A DNA stretch of 52,221 bases, counting the filler, from Sphacelaria rigidula (Eukaryota): assembly GCA_964200075.2 (NCBI GenBank). It is 3 parts of 3 records of this genome, joined end to end, with 100 filler letters (N's around TTAATTAATTAA, not from the genome) between each part and the next. Parts side by side here need not be neighbours in the genome. Positions count along the whole stretch, not along the records: positions 1 to 17,343 come from CAXNAA020001105.1; positions 17,444 to 34,783 come from CAXNAA020001106.1; 1 more part is not named here. The stretch is one strand, 5' to 3'. The translations under genes were made by a program, and so were the position numbers. Shown here one piece after another: positions 15,001 to 27,800 of this stretch. The notes beneath the pieces were generated by a model. The model was not told the origin of the DNA. It made no database searches and worked only from the letters and a program-made list of their open reading frames with translations. The stretch's first letter is position 1. The number at the start of each line of letters is the position of its first letter.

Positions 15001-16603
15001 CAACGCTGGGTAATGACTGTACACGTGTAGGGCGCACGAAATTCCCTGACCCCCCCCTGCCCCCCCCTTTCACCAGGGACCATCAAACGCTACTTCAGGG
15101 GCTATTGTGTCTTCGTTCAACTTTACAGGTACCCTCGGTGAATGAAACAAAAACGATCACAAGCAACAAGCAAATTGAGAGATACACCAGCCGAGTCTAT
15201 GGTCTGCTGCTGATGTCTACGCCCCGGCCACGCCTCTTACGGTCACGTCAAGAAGGAGTATGGAGAAGTGGTAGCCCCTGCCAATCATTGCTGCGTTATT
15301 TAGCTCTCGTGTGAGCGTGGTGCCCTTCTTGCTTGGGTCGCTTGTTTGGTGCTCTTGTGCTTCATGTGTGCGGGGGCGGTCGGGCCTTCCAGACTACTGA
15401 GGGAACGGAGAAGGCTGGGCATTCCGATGTTTTTTTCTCACATTGATTCACTTTTCGTCACACATTTAACCCCTCTACCCTTCCTCGGGGCGAGTTCTTG
15501 GTCTCGAGAAATCAACCTTCCTCTGCCTCAGATTCCGATGGCTAATACAATTAAGTCGAGAGTCAGCGAAATAGCGAACAAATCGAACCCCCCCGACAAG
15601 GCATTCCAACACATGAGAGCCGGAGGCCTCCCAACCCAATGTTTCGATTGTGTGAGAGTCAACAAACGTAATTATCCGTGAGTATCTGTACACATTTCGA
15701 GTTCAATACTGTAGTAGTGGTGTTCGTATTTCGCCCCTGTAGTACCCCCAGACAACGCATTCCAACACATGAGACCCGGAGGCCTACCAACCCGAAATTT
15801 AGATTGTGTGAGAGTCAACAGACGTAGTTATCCGTAAGTATCTGTACACATTCCGAGTTCGATACTGTAGTAGTGGTGTTCGTATTTCGCCCCTGTAGCT
15901 TTTGGGCGGCAGTTCATGTCCAGATAGTATGGGTTACCAAATAGCTTCCACTGCATTGTATTTTCTCGCACCTATTGTCCCTTCATTGTCATTTCCTAAT
16001 CAATTGAAGTAATTTAGGTATTAGCGTTGTTACTCTCTCTTCCTTCACTTCCCTTCCCTTCCTTTTTTTTCTTCTCTCGATATCGTTTGCCGAAAGCGCT
16101 CTTTGGTGTTTGGTCGTTGGTGTTGCGAGTGATGAACAATATCAAAATCAATCACATATTCGAACAACATCGTGCAGTTCGTGTGGCTCGAATATCGCAT
16201 CAATGACAGTACCACAGCAGCGCAGTACAGCACAACAGAATCGTTCTTGAGCACAGCTCAGCGCAATACCGCGCCGCACCGCACCATGCAACACGGTACA
16301 GTACGGCAAAACTCTCTCTCAAAATATAATATATCCTCCTATCTATATGGGGATCGGTCACGGCCGGACGTCACCCCCAACATGATGTCAGGGCAGTAAA
16401 GATATGTCTTGGTAATGGTTCAAGCCAACAAGGAGCGTGCGTTAGAGCACCGTATACTTGTTGTATCCGCGAAGAGATGTTCTAGCCGACTCGATGCTCA
16501 CCGCAGTTTGTGCACTGTAGTTGCTGAAAGCTCGTGCCCCGAGTACGCTGCTGCCAGCCTTGATTGTTGTCGAGGGGCGCGCAGGATGGGCAGACATCGC
16601 CAT
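6094..16603 (-). CDS. Multi-exon gene for a large protein with C2-like domains (partial model; 3' end unresolved, may be partly degenerate)
   Basis: Phase-consistent GT-AG chain: 16603-16502 (MAMSAHPARPSTT...), 14481-14363, 14203-14164, then a long exon from 13818 (ORF 12913-13872). C2-like halves ALAVRVVEAAPL (about 10050-10080) and RTPYY...EPLFRQVFELQ...MKIVDIHSVIFVGPV (exon from 9780). Further linked exons 6366-6247 and 6181-6094 (...QYIITWNE). Exon-like segments also near 8000-9220 and 550-1900. Middle exons could not be chained. Confidence 0.55.
7551..7743 (+). mobile_element. Telomeric-repeat-bearing MITE, copy 1
   Basis: TGTAATGCGT...ACGCATTACA termini, ~37-bp TIRs, 5-bp TSD ATTCG, degenerate CCCTAA units inside. 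Confidence 0.9.
9797..10010. repeat. Left block of a ~41-bp tandem-unit repeat (TTTGAGTAGAGTATTTGAGGCCGTACTCGACCTACTCAAA), probable DNA-transposon remnant
   Basis: About 3-4 diverged units; outer end resembles the inverted end of the 10510-10853 block. Confidence 0.7.
10510..10853. repeat. Right block of the same ~41-bp unit repeat, ending in TACTCGAGTA-rich terminus ...CTCAACCTACCCTTG (possibly hAT-like)
   Basis: About 5 diverged units plus TACTCGAGTA palindromes; superfamily assignment is a guess. Confidence 0.7.
11800..13090. repeat. Degenerate tandem repeat, 3-4 units of ~280-350 bp
   Basis: Motif ATGAA-CTG-GCA-GTGA-CGGTACC-AT-GAA recurs at about 12001, 12276 and 12626/12853 (the last interrupted by a MITE); CGTACCCTA-TGCT-GATGA recurs near 11861, 12150 and 12492. 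Confidence 0.6.
12642..12852 (-). mobile_element. Telomeric-repeat-bearing MITE, copy 2
   Basis: Near-perfect 37-bp TIRs, 4-bp TSD ACGT, TTAGGG-type array at about 12702-12742; empty paralogous site at 12281-12308. Confidence 0.95.
14609..14859. mobile_element. ~250-bp MITE with ~25-bp terminal inverted repeats
   Basis: GACACTTTCTACGATAGCCCCCCCC ... GGGGGGGGCTATCGTGGAAAGTGTC; no clean TSD. Confidence 0.7.
15589..15898 (+). repeat. Tandem duplication, 2 x 156 bp
   Basis: GACAA.GCATTCCAACACATGAGA...TTTCGCCCCTGTAG at 15595 and 15751, few mismatches. Confidence 0.9.
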
Positions 16604-17343
16604 TGCTGCGTCACTCAGGCGTCGCGTGCGCGACGTTCCCACGCTTTTCGCATTGTTTTTTGCCAGTGTTTTCTGTCGTTGGTGTGCTGCATGCGCGACT
16701 GTCTGGTGTGCGTGTCGATACCTAAGTCAGAATGAGTGAGGGTTTCTTGTTCGATTTCAACACTTGTATCCAAGTAGAGAAAGAAATGAGTGCAGATGCC
16801 ATGCCAAAAACTCAAGACAACACCATATAACACCTGAGCTGCTGTCAACACTTTGTTCAGAGCGTGTGGGCGCCAACAGCCTGGTGATCGATTGGTACTC
16901 AGGCACGCTTTTTCAAGATTACACGCTAATGTTCAATCTCTAGATGCTTGGTTGCTCGCTCTCTGCCGACGTGCGTGTTTCAGCACCCGCCGAGGGAACC
17001 AACGTCACATGACTAGATACTGCCTTCACCTCGTGTTACGTGAGCCCCCTGGCTTAGGAGGGTCAAGGGAAAGGTTGCAATCCCATGTCGAAGATCCAAT
17101 CTGTTCGGGCTTAGCCCCCGCACCCAGGTGGTCTGCCCGGTACAACCGAAACCAGTTAGGTCGAAAGGATGCGGTTCGATTCCCGCCTTATTCATCTGGG
17201 TTTTGTCCGGGAAGTCTGATGCCGCCGTTGAGAACATGAGGGCATGAGTAACAGAGGAAATTCATCTGACGAAAGTCGGCGAGTTGCGGGGGTTCCGATT
17301 CAGTCCGCGATGCCAACATGTAAGGCGTGTACCGGGGGGGGGG

Positions 17344-17443
17344 NNNNNNNNNNNNNNNNNNNNNNNNNNNNNNNNNNNNNNNNNNNNTTAATTAATTAAN
17401 NNNNNNNNNNNNNNNNNNNNNNNNNNNNNNNNNNNNNNNNNNN
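17344..17443. other. Assembly gap / artificial spacer (N44-TTAATTAATTAA-N44)
   Basis: Identical 100-bp construct at 34784; the insert gives stops in all frames. Confidence 0.97.
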
Positions 17444-17830
17444 TTTGTTGCTGGCCTTAGTCATTTGACCATTGACCACGCATCCCTTTCGAGACGGAGC
17501 ACTGTTCCTACTCCTAATAGAGACACCTCCAGCATTCCGGCGCTCATTACGTTTTATCCATACAGAACACGAGAGCCTTTTACAGATCTTATCCCCATCC
17601 TGTTTCGCCGTCTCTGGCCACCATCTATCTCTTGGTATAGCCATCGTTTTCTCCCCACTGTCTAATGCATCAAACGATTTTTGGCCACCTTCGTTCACGT
17701 CCCGCATTTCCCCTTTTCCGAGCAGTGGGGGAGGGGGGAGGGGGGAGTTGGCGCACGTTCCAAGAATACGGCATATGTCGTTGGAATGCTCTCCGTACTG
17801 CGGATCGGTTGCATGAATCCAAACTTTCGA
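17444..17830 (-). mobile_element. 3' fragment of a non-LTR retrotransposon (subfamily I)
   Basis: ORF ...RWWPETAKQDGDKICKRL...RKGCVVNGQMTKASNK; homologous to 23566-23650 and 51142-51331; G10 run directly left of the gap. Confidence 0.7.
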
Positions 17831-18411
17831 TGTTTTTCTTGTGCTTCCAGAAAAGTCTACCTTCGTGATTTTTCCTGTTCGACTTTGTTTATTTTCAACA
17901 GCGGGTTTGGACGGCTCATCCTGAGGAACTCATGTTGATCTAACTCAGACTTTTTTCTTTCCGACATTTTCAACAGAGAACTGCGGAATATTGCTCTTCG
18001 AGGGTCCAGGGAGAACGGCTTTATTCGCCAAAATTGGCCAGAGGATCGCAACCATTTTCTGGATTCGGTCGAATCGACTGCCGATACCCTGGCTCGTTTG
18101 CTGTTTTTCTTGTGACAAAACTCCGTGGCGGAAAAACATCGAGGTCGAAGCTTTCAAAGAATCCACCGTAAAACCAAGGCAAAGGCTGTTGCATATGATC
18201 ATGTGCATCTTGTACATTCATCTATGCCTATCAGCCTGCACAGAGAGGGTCCACAGCGGAACCTAATCGGACACAACGCAGCGGCTTGGAGCTGTCTGGG
18301 GAAATATTATCGGTCAAATATATATATAGAATTTTTGTATATTCGGAGGAATACCGAGTATTTCCGGGAAAAATAGATCTTCAAAATACCCCCCCCCAAA
18401 AAAAGTTCCGA

Positions 18412-18460
18412 AATGCGAGGTCAATGGTCTTATGACTGCGGCATGCAAGACCATGAGTAC
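18412..18460 (+). mobile_element. Very short 3' end of non-LTR subfamily II
   Basis: TGCGAGGTCAATGGTCTTATGACTGCGGCATGCAAGACCATGAGTAC matches 1-83 and the reverse complement of about 50879-50925. Confidence 0.55.
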
Positions 18461-18899
18461 ACCATACTTTCGAAAATTAGTCATTTCGCCCCAATAAAAA
18501 ATCTAAGACTATATTTGGATTCTTGACGATGCTATCCTTGGGAAATTTCTGCTGTATTTCAACGGAGAAACAAGAGAGAAAACACGTGCGTGCATTCATC
18601 GTAAAATTCTGTTTGCATGGATCGATACGATGAAGCCGGAATTGCGTGATTGGCACGTCTAGTATTCCCGCGTACTTTGAAATCTACCTTGGTAGAGTAC
18701 GGGGAGGTCAAGCATCGCAACAAAGCTATTTTTTGCACGTATTTTCATCCTCGAATTCGACGATTTGTACGTCCATCTTCCAGGGAATCGTCATCACAGT
18801 TGCCACCAAAAAAATATAGTTGACCCTAAAAGCATATAATCTAGAATGCACTGAGTCGCTCCAACGCAATTCTTTAGTAAAGAGTATTTTCATACTTAC

Positions 18900-21800
18900 A
18901 TCCAGTGTGGGCATATCTGAAACACGTTCATACGCCGCGGCACTCCTGCCAGAAGTACTGCGTTTCCCAACGAGACAGTCGCCGTGCGACTTCACCAGTT
19001 CATCTTCCGACAACGTCTGCACGCTCCAACTCGCAACAGTCGGACAGACTAGCTAGATGCGCTAGGGGTGCCTTAAACATTTGTTGATATCAATGTTGTA
19101 CGCCGGCGTGGTCTAATGCCTACTACAGGGAAAGGGATACGGCAGGCTTACCCCAGTATTGAAACCCCCAGTGTCGATGAAGACCGTATAGCCACCCGCG
19201 TCTTATTCCCAAGTAGTTTTCCAGCAGAACGCCCCCCACCCCCATGGTTGAATCCAAGAAGGGCAATGTGAGAAAACAATCGACACGCGAAGGGTAAACG
19301 TAAAGTTAGGCGTGCGGTAAAGACTTCACGGAAAAACCTCCAGGCAATTTTTGAACCCGGCTACGAATAACAGTGTTCATACCAAAAAGCCTCGAGCCCG
19401 AGGTGTTACAACAGGTGTCGAGCTAAAGGGGATACGTGCGCCAAGATATAGTGTAGAACGCACCGTCGCCCTATAACCTTCCGGTCACGCACAGGTCGAC
19501 GCGCTTGAGAAAACAACGTATTGAACAAATGCATACGGGAGGCGAGAGACGAGAGGCGAGATCGAGCTCCGGGGGAGAGTACCCGTGTTGTGTATTTATA
19601 CGACGAATATATATATATATATATAATTAACAAAGGCACTGACCACACGCCCTGGACCGGACGGAACGCTTGTGTCGCAAGATATTTTCGCCGATACTCA
19701 ACCTATTCCCCAGCTTTTGTACAGAACGTGACTCAGGATGGTTTGTGTGTGAGGAGTCCCACCTTCGTTATAAGGGATGGTGGTCGTTGGTCTGTAATTC
19801 TCCCAGTACTGCTCCTCAATCGAAATTTCCTCCTTCGCAGTCTTTCCGGAGAGGCACGTATCGTAGTACCCCATCGAAGACTCGCATTCCGGGACCCTTA
19901 TCCGCCGCTTAAACGTAAGCTGTATCCCGTGTCAACACGAGGTTATGTTGTATAGAAGAGCATCAAGAGCAAGAGTGTAGACGAGCGCGGGTGGTCGAGT
20001 TCGGCATGGTTGACGAGCGAAAAATAAGAGAAAATTCGCTTCACCCGTGACCACTTGACGGCACCAATGCCCAGTATTCCGAAATCGCTTGAGGCCTACA
20101 AGATACCACAGTTCTGAGAGCGCCATGCTTGCTTGATGTCGCGGTATCCCCCTGCGGTCAGTACAGCCCACTGGCACCATAGAAACCTCAAGCACGCTTG
20201 CATGACTGGTCAGTGGCATCCCCGACGTTCACGTAGGTAGATCATGGCAGTTCTTTACACATGGTCGTACGGTCCGGCAACTTGACTGAAACTACGGCAG
20301 GGTCTAGTAACATGGTTTCCCATACCACAACGACACTCACCAGCATCCCGCCAACAATCCTGTTAGTATTGGCGATATATCCCCCTCCGTTATATCCCAC
20401 CTGGACGCCAAACAAATTGGTCACGACCGGGTCAATTTTCATGGTATAAAAAGAGTCAGTGCGCGGAAGTAGCAACACCGATGCCAGTCACGGGAATGGG
20501 AATGTGCCGATGGGAACGTTCTAAGGGGACTGCGTCGGTCGATGAAGACTGCAGCAGACGATTGGGCTTTGAGGGTGTATAGCTGATTTTGACTGACGCA
20601 AAATCTTGACGGGAGGATAAAACACATGTGTCGATCGAGGCTGCGTTGAGGTTCGGTGAAAAGCCGTGGACAGCTGTTGGGCACTTGCAGAACTTCGACA
20701 TGTGAAAAAATGTATTGATGGCTAGGGTGAGAAGGCGAGTTTCGACGCCGAAGGTGATGAGCATGTGAACACGCTCCGGGAGGTGGTCGATACGGACGAC
20801 GACGGAATCTACAGCGTCCAGAAATTCATACCGAGCGGGGTAAAGGAAGTACACGTTCAAGTCTGCATTCGCACGCCGACGATGTGTTGGACGTGTCAGT
20901 GGACCTGAATGAAGCGTCCTGGACCATGATCTTTCAAGCAGGTCGAGTTGTAGGATGACTGAAATCGTGGATGTGTTGAATGACAGAGTGGAGTGGCATG
21001 CAGGTGGCATGGTATGAAGCGAGTGATGAAGTCTTCGTGTGGCCGCTTGCTGATGAACAAAACTTGGCGTATCTTATATCGTCGCTTACAACTAAGGTCA
21101 CCGGAAACTTGTATACACAGAAGAGTGACACACGTTGATGGAGGTTTCACTTGCAGGAACATACATGCTCCGAGGGGCGGGGAGCATGGTCTACGTCAGT
21201 TGGTATGTAGGAGTACAGATCCTGGTGAGCTTGAGCTTTTGCATGGAATTGATATCGATGGGATTTAGCCCTCATTGGGGAAAGTCACACGTTCCCTGTG
21301 CCATGGACATAGTGACAATAAAATAATAATCAAACTGCAGCAAAGGACACTTGACGGTCTCCAACGTGATATGTGGTTTCTGCAATAATCCTGGCGTGAT
21401 TAATGTGTCGTTTCGCATTTGATCTACATATTTTCCGTCAAGAACTCGCCTTTCAATACCAGTAAGAACATCGTGAAAGGGGAGCAACGAGTTCCATGAA
21501 ACCGGTATTTCTCTAGAAAATGTACACAAATCATTGAAGAGAGCATGCACAAGCTACTGGTGCGAATGAGGGGTAAAAAAATATTCTTGTGGCACGGGGA
21601 CGCCAAAGTGCACCCGAGTTTCGGTTGCAGAGGCGGAAACGTGCCCATCTTCCCACTATTTTGACGTTCTACTCAAGAATGGTGAATACGCACAGGAGAG
21701 GAGGTGGAACACGGCAGAAGAGAGCTGAAACTGGACACAGATGCGCGCGCATGCGAGATCGATGGCCTAAACAACGCAAGGCAATAAGGAGACGAGACAC

Positions 21801-24800
21801 CCGGGCACCATCCCTAGATTTCCACTGCAACTCTACGGGTGCTCCTTGCACGTAATCCCCAGGTTTCTGCTTATGAGGAGCTAATCGATCACGCCGTGCT
21901 GTTGTACTTCGTGCACGTTCGTTCTCTTTGGCGTTTGGGCACCACGTGTAGCCCCAGACATCTCTACCACGTCTATGCGGAGGACGTCCTGGGGCACTTG
22001 CGCGCAAGCAACCTCTGTTCGACACAGCTGGGGTGCAGTCGTTCACGATGATATCCTAGGGATTCTGATGCAAAACGCGGCGACAACAACTTTGCAGTTG
22101 TCTCGCAGAATCGCCGCAAAATATCCGTCACGGGGGGTATATTTCTCAATCGAGTAATAATAATGAAAATGGAGGGATGGAAAGAGAGAGAGAGAGAGAT
22201 AGGCTCTGCGCGCATTTATGAGACCATAGAAGTTGGGTAAAAATATCTGAAGCACCGCATGAACGGCGGTAGATATAGTCTACATTCCGACACAAGAACT
22301 TTCGGAAGACAAACTGTTGGCTTGAAATTTTCTTTGCTTTGAGTCATTTCGTGTGCGGCTCTTGGAACAACTACTGTGGGGTGTGGCAGCGCCTTTCGGA
22401 ACAACCCTCACTGAAACTCGTGCGAGAAGCTCTACCCCGGCATGGTTCGATCAACGTGTTCTATGGACTATTGACTCAGGTTTCATATATGGACTCACAG
22501 GATCATCGCGCCGCGGTAGAAATAACAACGTCGACTCGGCTTGAAAAGGAACGAAATAAACCAATGAGGGGGGGGGGGGGCTCATGTACGTCTCGCTCAC
22601 GCCCGTTCGCTTGTTGCTGTTGAGAGATAGTGGGACTGTGTAGGATGTAGTGCAGTGAGGAAACACGACTCATACCGTAAATTACAGCAAAACACCGTCA
22701 CGACACTTTTGCAAACGTTACGAGCGGTATAGAAAATATTGATGCTAACGGCTGCGGTCACTTGCGACCGGTTGAGCTACACCTGACTTTGAGACACTTC
22801 GTTTACGACACCTGACACTAGACGGTAGTAAAAACTTACTGCAAGTGTGTCGACCTTGAGAGCACAAGCGCCACTCAGCTGTTCGAGGCATGGCTACTCA
22901 GCTGTGCGTTGTTGTTGTTGTCACCCCATCTATTCTGGATGCCAGTTTACACCTCTCGGTAAATATGAGCGCATCAGTCGGGGTCAGCCAGGAGTAAGGC
23001 CAACACAGGAGTTTCTGTATTTTTAACTTGTTTCAGTGCTCCACCTTCCTTCTGCGGTGCTCGCCTTTTTTTTCTTGAGAGAGGGGTTTAGCGATCCCTT
23101 TCCATTAGTATCTTTTTCAGCTGTAGCAGTGCTAAACGTGAACCCGTTTAATCCCTGTAGCCGTGATAACAAGGAAGACAATAAACTCAGCAGCCAACAG
23201 AACAAGGGAACAAGACTCTGAACACTCTGTTCCACGCAAAGCACATCTCTCCCTGATTTTTTGTAGCAAGTGGTGTGATCGAACCCACTCCTGACGTCCT
23301 CTGCCCGCAATCCCTTCTTCGGCGCCCATGAGCACGTATTCGCGACCAAGTATGAAAGTGAACGCCGCCGTTTGCAAGCAAAGACGAAGTAAAACGAGTG
23401 TTTTGTAGTACGTGCATGGTGAATACTGAAGCCTCTGTGGCGTCGTCCAAGAGTCAACAGCGTGCGGTGCCGAAATCATTACACGAGCAGTACTTGGCAA
23501 GTGTGCTAGACGCACAACCGACTCTCCTGACGCAGCGTTGTGGGAAGGGACCACAGTGAATCCACGGGGGGGGGGGGGCGTACTCATTACTTGCTTACCT
23601 TATTCGTTTGACCATTGACCACGCATCACTTTCGAGACGGAGCACCGCATGAAACCATGGGGGAATAATAAAAAATCGGAAAATCAGCTGCGCAACTTGT
23701 AGCGCTGCAGCAGCTCATCAACTGCTCGCAAGTACATATCGGTCGAGGCCGACGAAAAGCCGTAAACAGGGTGCACAAGAAAAGTAATGTTGAGCTTGGC
23801 GGCGGGGTGGAGGGGAGTTGATGCTGGGCAGAGCACAGGGTTGGGCCGCTTTTTGCGATCCGAAAAAACACGGCATGAACTTCGGGCAGTGACCTCTCCT
23901 CACGGCTTTTCTCGACGAAAAAATGTATTCGAGGGCGCTTCTCATGACTATGAAAAACTTCGGCAGCTTCCACACTAAGATGGCGGCGGGGCGCCGACCC
24001 AGGTGACATTTGCCAAAATTCATTTTGGTAAACGAAAAAGCGGCCGCGTCGTTGTCTACAACTAGGCGTTGTCTGCATGTCATCTATCGTTCAGCATGCT
24101 GCTCTAATTCCTGCCTGCCTACCTGCCTGCATGTGACATACTGCACAGCAATGTGCCACCATGTGTGTATTGTTTGAATACTGGTGCACACTCTCCCGTC
24201 CCCGACCGCCGCCCGACTGGGGATGCTTGTGTCAGAGGTACCTGACCAAATGGGACAACCACACATCAAGAGAGAGTGATGTCACCTACAGACTGGTCCC
24301 TGTTTTGTATCTGCGGTGATGCAACACAAAACCTAGCCAGTGGGTCATGCCGACAGGCTTGAACTTCAGGCTCAACCCTGTAGCTGCTGAGTTCTACCCT
24401 GTACTGGGACCCAAACTGATCCCCGCAGCTGCAGAGTGGACCCCAAGTAGGGGCACTGTAACGGAAACCATGTTGATGGAGATCAGACACATGTGAGTGA
24501 ATGCCAGATTTGGCGAACTGGAGCTAGCGGCCGACGTGGGCTGAAGAGGCTGTATCGTCCCCGCGAGACCAAAACGCAAGGCAAGGCTCATGGCCGACGT
24601 GCCAAGGAAAATTGGGACAAAAAAATCTCGCATAGCCTTGATCGGCGTGATCGTATAGCGGTTCACGACAGACCCAGCCACCGTCTCAGACCTGGTACGT
24701 TCAGTTTATGCACCAAAAGGTCACAACGGTGAACACCTAGAGTGTTGCCCCAGGAGAGGGTGTGGCACGCGGTGTGGGGAATGCTATAGGGGGATGACGC

Positions 24801-27800
24801 AGGCATGGTCTCGAGGTCCCCAGACGGGCTTGCTAGAATTATGGCTGTGGTAGTGGTGGCCTGTCATGAGTTCGGATTGACGGCATCGGAGAGTAAGACA
24901 GTCCATGCGCATGTACAAGAGCAGACGACCAAGTTTGTCCACCTTGGCGGCACTGTCGGCCGGCGGCGAATATTTCCATAGAAATCTACCGCCGCATCCG
25001 CGGCACGCCTCCGAAGGTACGTATGGTTGCAAACACCACGATCGACTGAACGCCTAGCTGTCTCTGAGAATCCGGCTGCTTCGAGCGGAAGTGATGGAAG
25101 CTATCTTGTACGGATGAGCTACATGGACGCTGCGTTCCGAGGATTTCACGAGTCTGCGCGTTGCCCACCACAAGCGTCTGCTGCGAGTGGTTGGATTCCC
25201 TCCCCAAGAAGGAGCGAACTGGCTACAAGATGCCTTGTACAGAGAGGTGCTCCAGATGACCAACTGCGAACATATCAAGACGACCATCGGAAAGGGTCAA
25301 CTCCAACTCTGGTTCGCTGGGTACCTTGTCCGGCAGGAAGGCGCACATTTTCCAGAACGCATCATCCTCGGATGGTTTGCCGCACAAGGGCCCACGGAGG
25401 CTGGCCACCCCCCAAGCCCTGGGGGGATAACTCCCACGTCAAGGACGTACCCGACTAGGTCACTGCGGCGACGCACATGGGAAAATGGCATCTTGGAGGC
25501 GAGAAAGGGGCGGGAGAGTTCGAGGAGACGTGACAACGCGAAGACAAGGGCGAAGCACACCTTCGCCACAAACCAGAGGTTGCCACGCCGGGAGCTCCCA
25601 ATTTGAGAACTGTCGCCGCTAACACAACGACAGCAACAGCTCAAGAGGACTCCTGGACGGAAATGATCGAGAAAACATCCTGCTCTATTGCCGACTAGGG
25701 ATGAGTGGGGGGGACGGCGTTAACACGGAAAGTGATGTACTCCTGTATGTTCCCATCGGTTTTTGATTTCCTCCATATTAGGTGGTCTTGAGGTATTCCT
25801 TGCTTGTGCGTTTGTACCTGGACCACTGAACCATGTCCTTGAGCCTTACCACGTCCGCAGTTTCTTTCTCCTCTGTTCTCTCTTCTTCCCCCCGTCTCTC
25901 TCTCTCTCTCTCTCTCCTTATGTATGTGTGTTTCTTTCCTCCGGGTGTATGCAAATCGCAGTTAAGTGCCTCGCTTCCGTAAGATTCATGGATGAGAGCA
26001 CATACTCAAAGTAGTGTGGCCAAACCAGATGAGCCGCGATCTTTTCCCGCGGCTTCTCGTTCTCGTCTGGGTACGAGTGCTTGTGCTTTTGCGCAAGACC
26101 TGTTTCACCTGAAGCCATGTGCAGAGGACGATCATTCCTAGGGAGGTTTTTGTCTCTGCTGTGTTCGTCCGGTTGGTTGGTTCTTTTCTACAACTTTACT
26201 CTGTTCCATGTTTCTGTTTTCTTCACTTTTCATCAACAAGCGTTTTCGTGTTGTTCGCCTTGGATACGTTCATCCTGCGGATAATGACATGGCGGGGTTC
26301 CTCGTGGATCACTTACTGTGCGACCATCAAACGAATCAACAGCGACGCTGACTGCGTTGTACTGTTGATGCACCGTCATACACAGTGAGTTTTGTCTGTA
26401 CAGCTAGTCGCACAGTGCTTGATGGGAGGTGTTTCCAAGTAGCTGCACAGTTTAGAATGTCTTGATCTGTTCATGCGTGCACATGACATGCTGATACACT
26501 CTATCCGGATAGAATATGGGGCTATCGTGAGCCAGAGTGCCGCGTGCTTCGACGGGTCTGAAAAGAGCTCCCATCCAAATTGCCGCCGCACTCCGGTGGT
26601 CAAATGACCCGACTGTCACCATCAGGGTGGAGAGAACGAGGGTTCGATTCCCGATGCGTTGCCATTTTTCTTCCAAGTCTCTGATTCCCACCGTCGAAAG
26701 CGTGAACACGGAGGTGAACACAAACAGCTGACAGTTTGTTTGACGAGAGATGACGGTATGGGAGTGCTGGCCCAATCCGCGAGACCATCATGCAAGGCGT
26801 GTACTGGGGAGAGATCCGTTGATCTCTTGAGGCCAAGGATTCGTCCCTAGGAAGCGCAGGGGTTCAAAGTGTGACAACACACACAGTGTATAGAAGGCAC
26901 GGACAGGACACAAGGGAGGGGTGGACGTGACACAATCGCCTGTTAGTAACCATCGTTAACTGTGTCTGAAGGCTAAGACCCGTGCGGAACCATCTGTCCG
27001 TAAATGAAGGCACTCAAGATTTCGTGCTACAGAGACTGAGGCAGACGGTGAATCGACGAAATTGGTGTTGTGACGTACACGGTACCTTGAAACGCTGCCT
27101 GATGCGCAGCATGTTCTCCGTGATCCCGTTATGTATGAAATCCCAGGTCTTGCACTCGCTCACCTATTGTCATGTGCAGCAGCAGAAGAGCAAACGTGAC
27201 TCAGGGAGCAGTTTGATGTGCACACGTGATTTCTCATAAACGATACGCAACAACACGTGTCATCGCTCACAATTCCCTCACGACATGCAAAACACATGTC
27301 CAGGAAGGACATTTGCAAACGAACCTTGAGTTGTACGTCACGACCGCCTCGTCACCCCCTAAACCCCGTAGGTTGTAAGTGTGATGATGCCCATCTTCCA
27401 TCCAGGCGACGTGCAACAAACTACGTCGGTAGCCGTGCTTGCAAATAACAACAGTTACGACCACACCCTCATGACTAATGTCTCTGTGATGCTCAACCAA
27501 CGACCCGAGATCCACTCTAAGGGGGTCGCCGCGGTCGTACTCACACCTCGGTATACCGGTAGAGTATGCACGTCGAGCCTGCAGCCATGCGAGCCGTATC
27601 AAAATCGGGTATAATATTCCCGCGCTTTACACAAAAGCTGTGCGGACTCAACACGGGTCAATTCTTTGTACAGGACCGATACTTACGTTTTGAACGGTCA
27701 TATGTCCAGTCGACGCGGAAACGCCTCCCTCCGGAGTCAGATCGAACTCCGCAAGTGCCGTCATATTTATATACTCGGATAGCATCTCTTCGGTGAAGAT

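Noticed and set aside
17388-17399. TTAATTAATTAA palindrome inside N runs (also 34828-34839)
   Set aside because: Identical artificial spacer in both gaps; not biological
20725-20860. Plus-strand EF-hand-like peptide DEHVNTLREVVDTDDDGIYSVQKF
   Set aside because: Loop positions 8 and 12 are non-canonical, DDD is simply the antisense of VVV, and the minus frame is open for 184 aa inside the channel gene; strand cannot be decided
26588-26664. tRNA-like sequence with GGTTCGATTCCC (similar motifs near 17172, 30028 and 47864)
   Set aside because: No convincing cloverleaf or anticodon stem; probably decayed SINE heads
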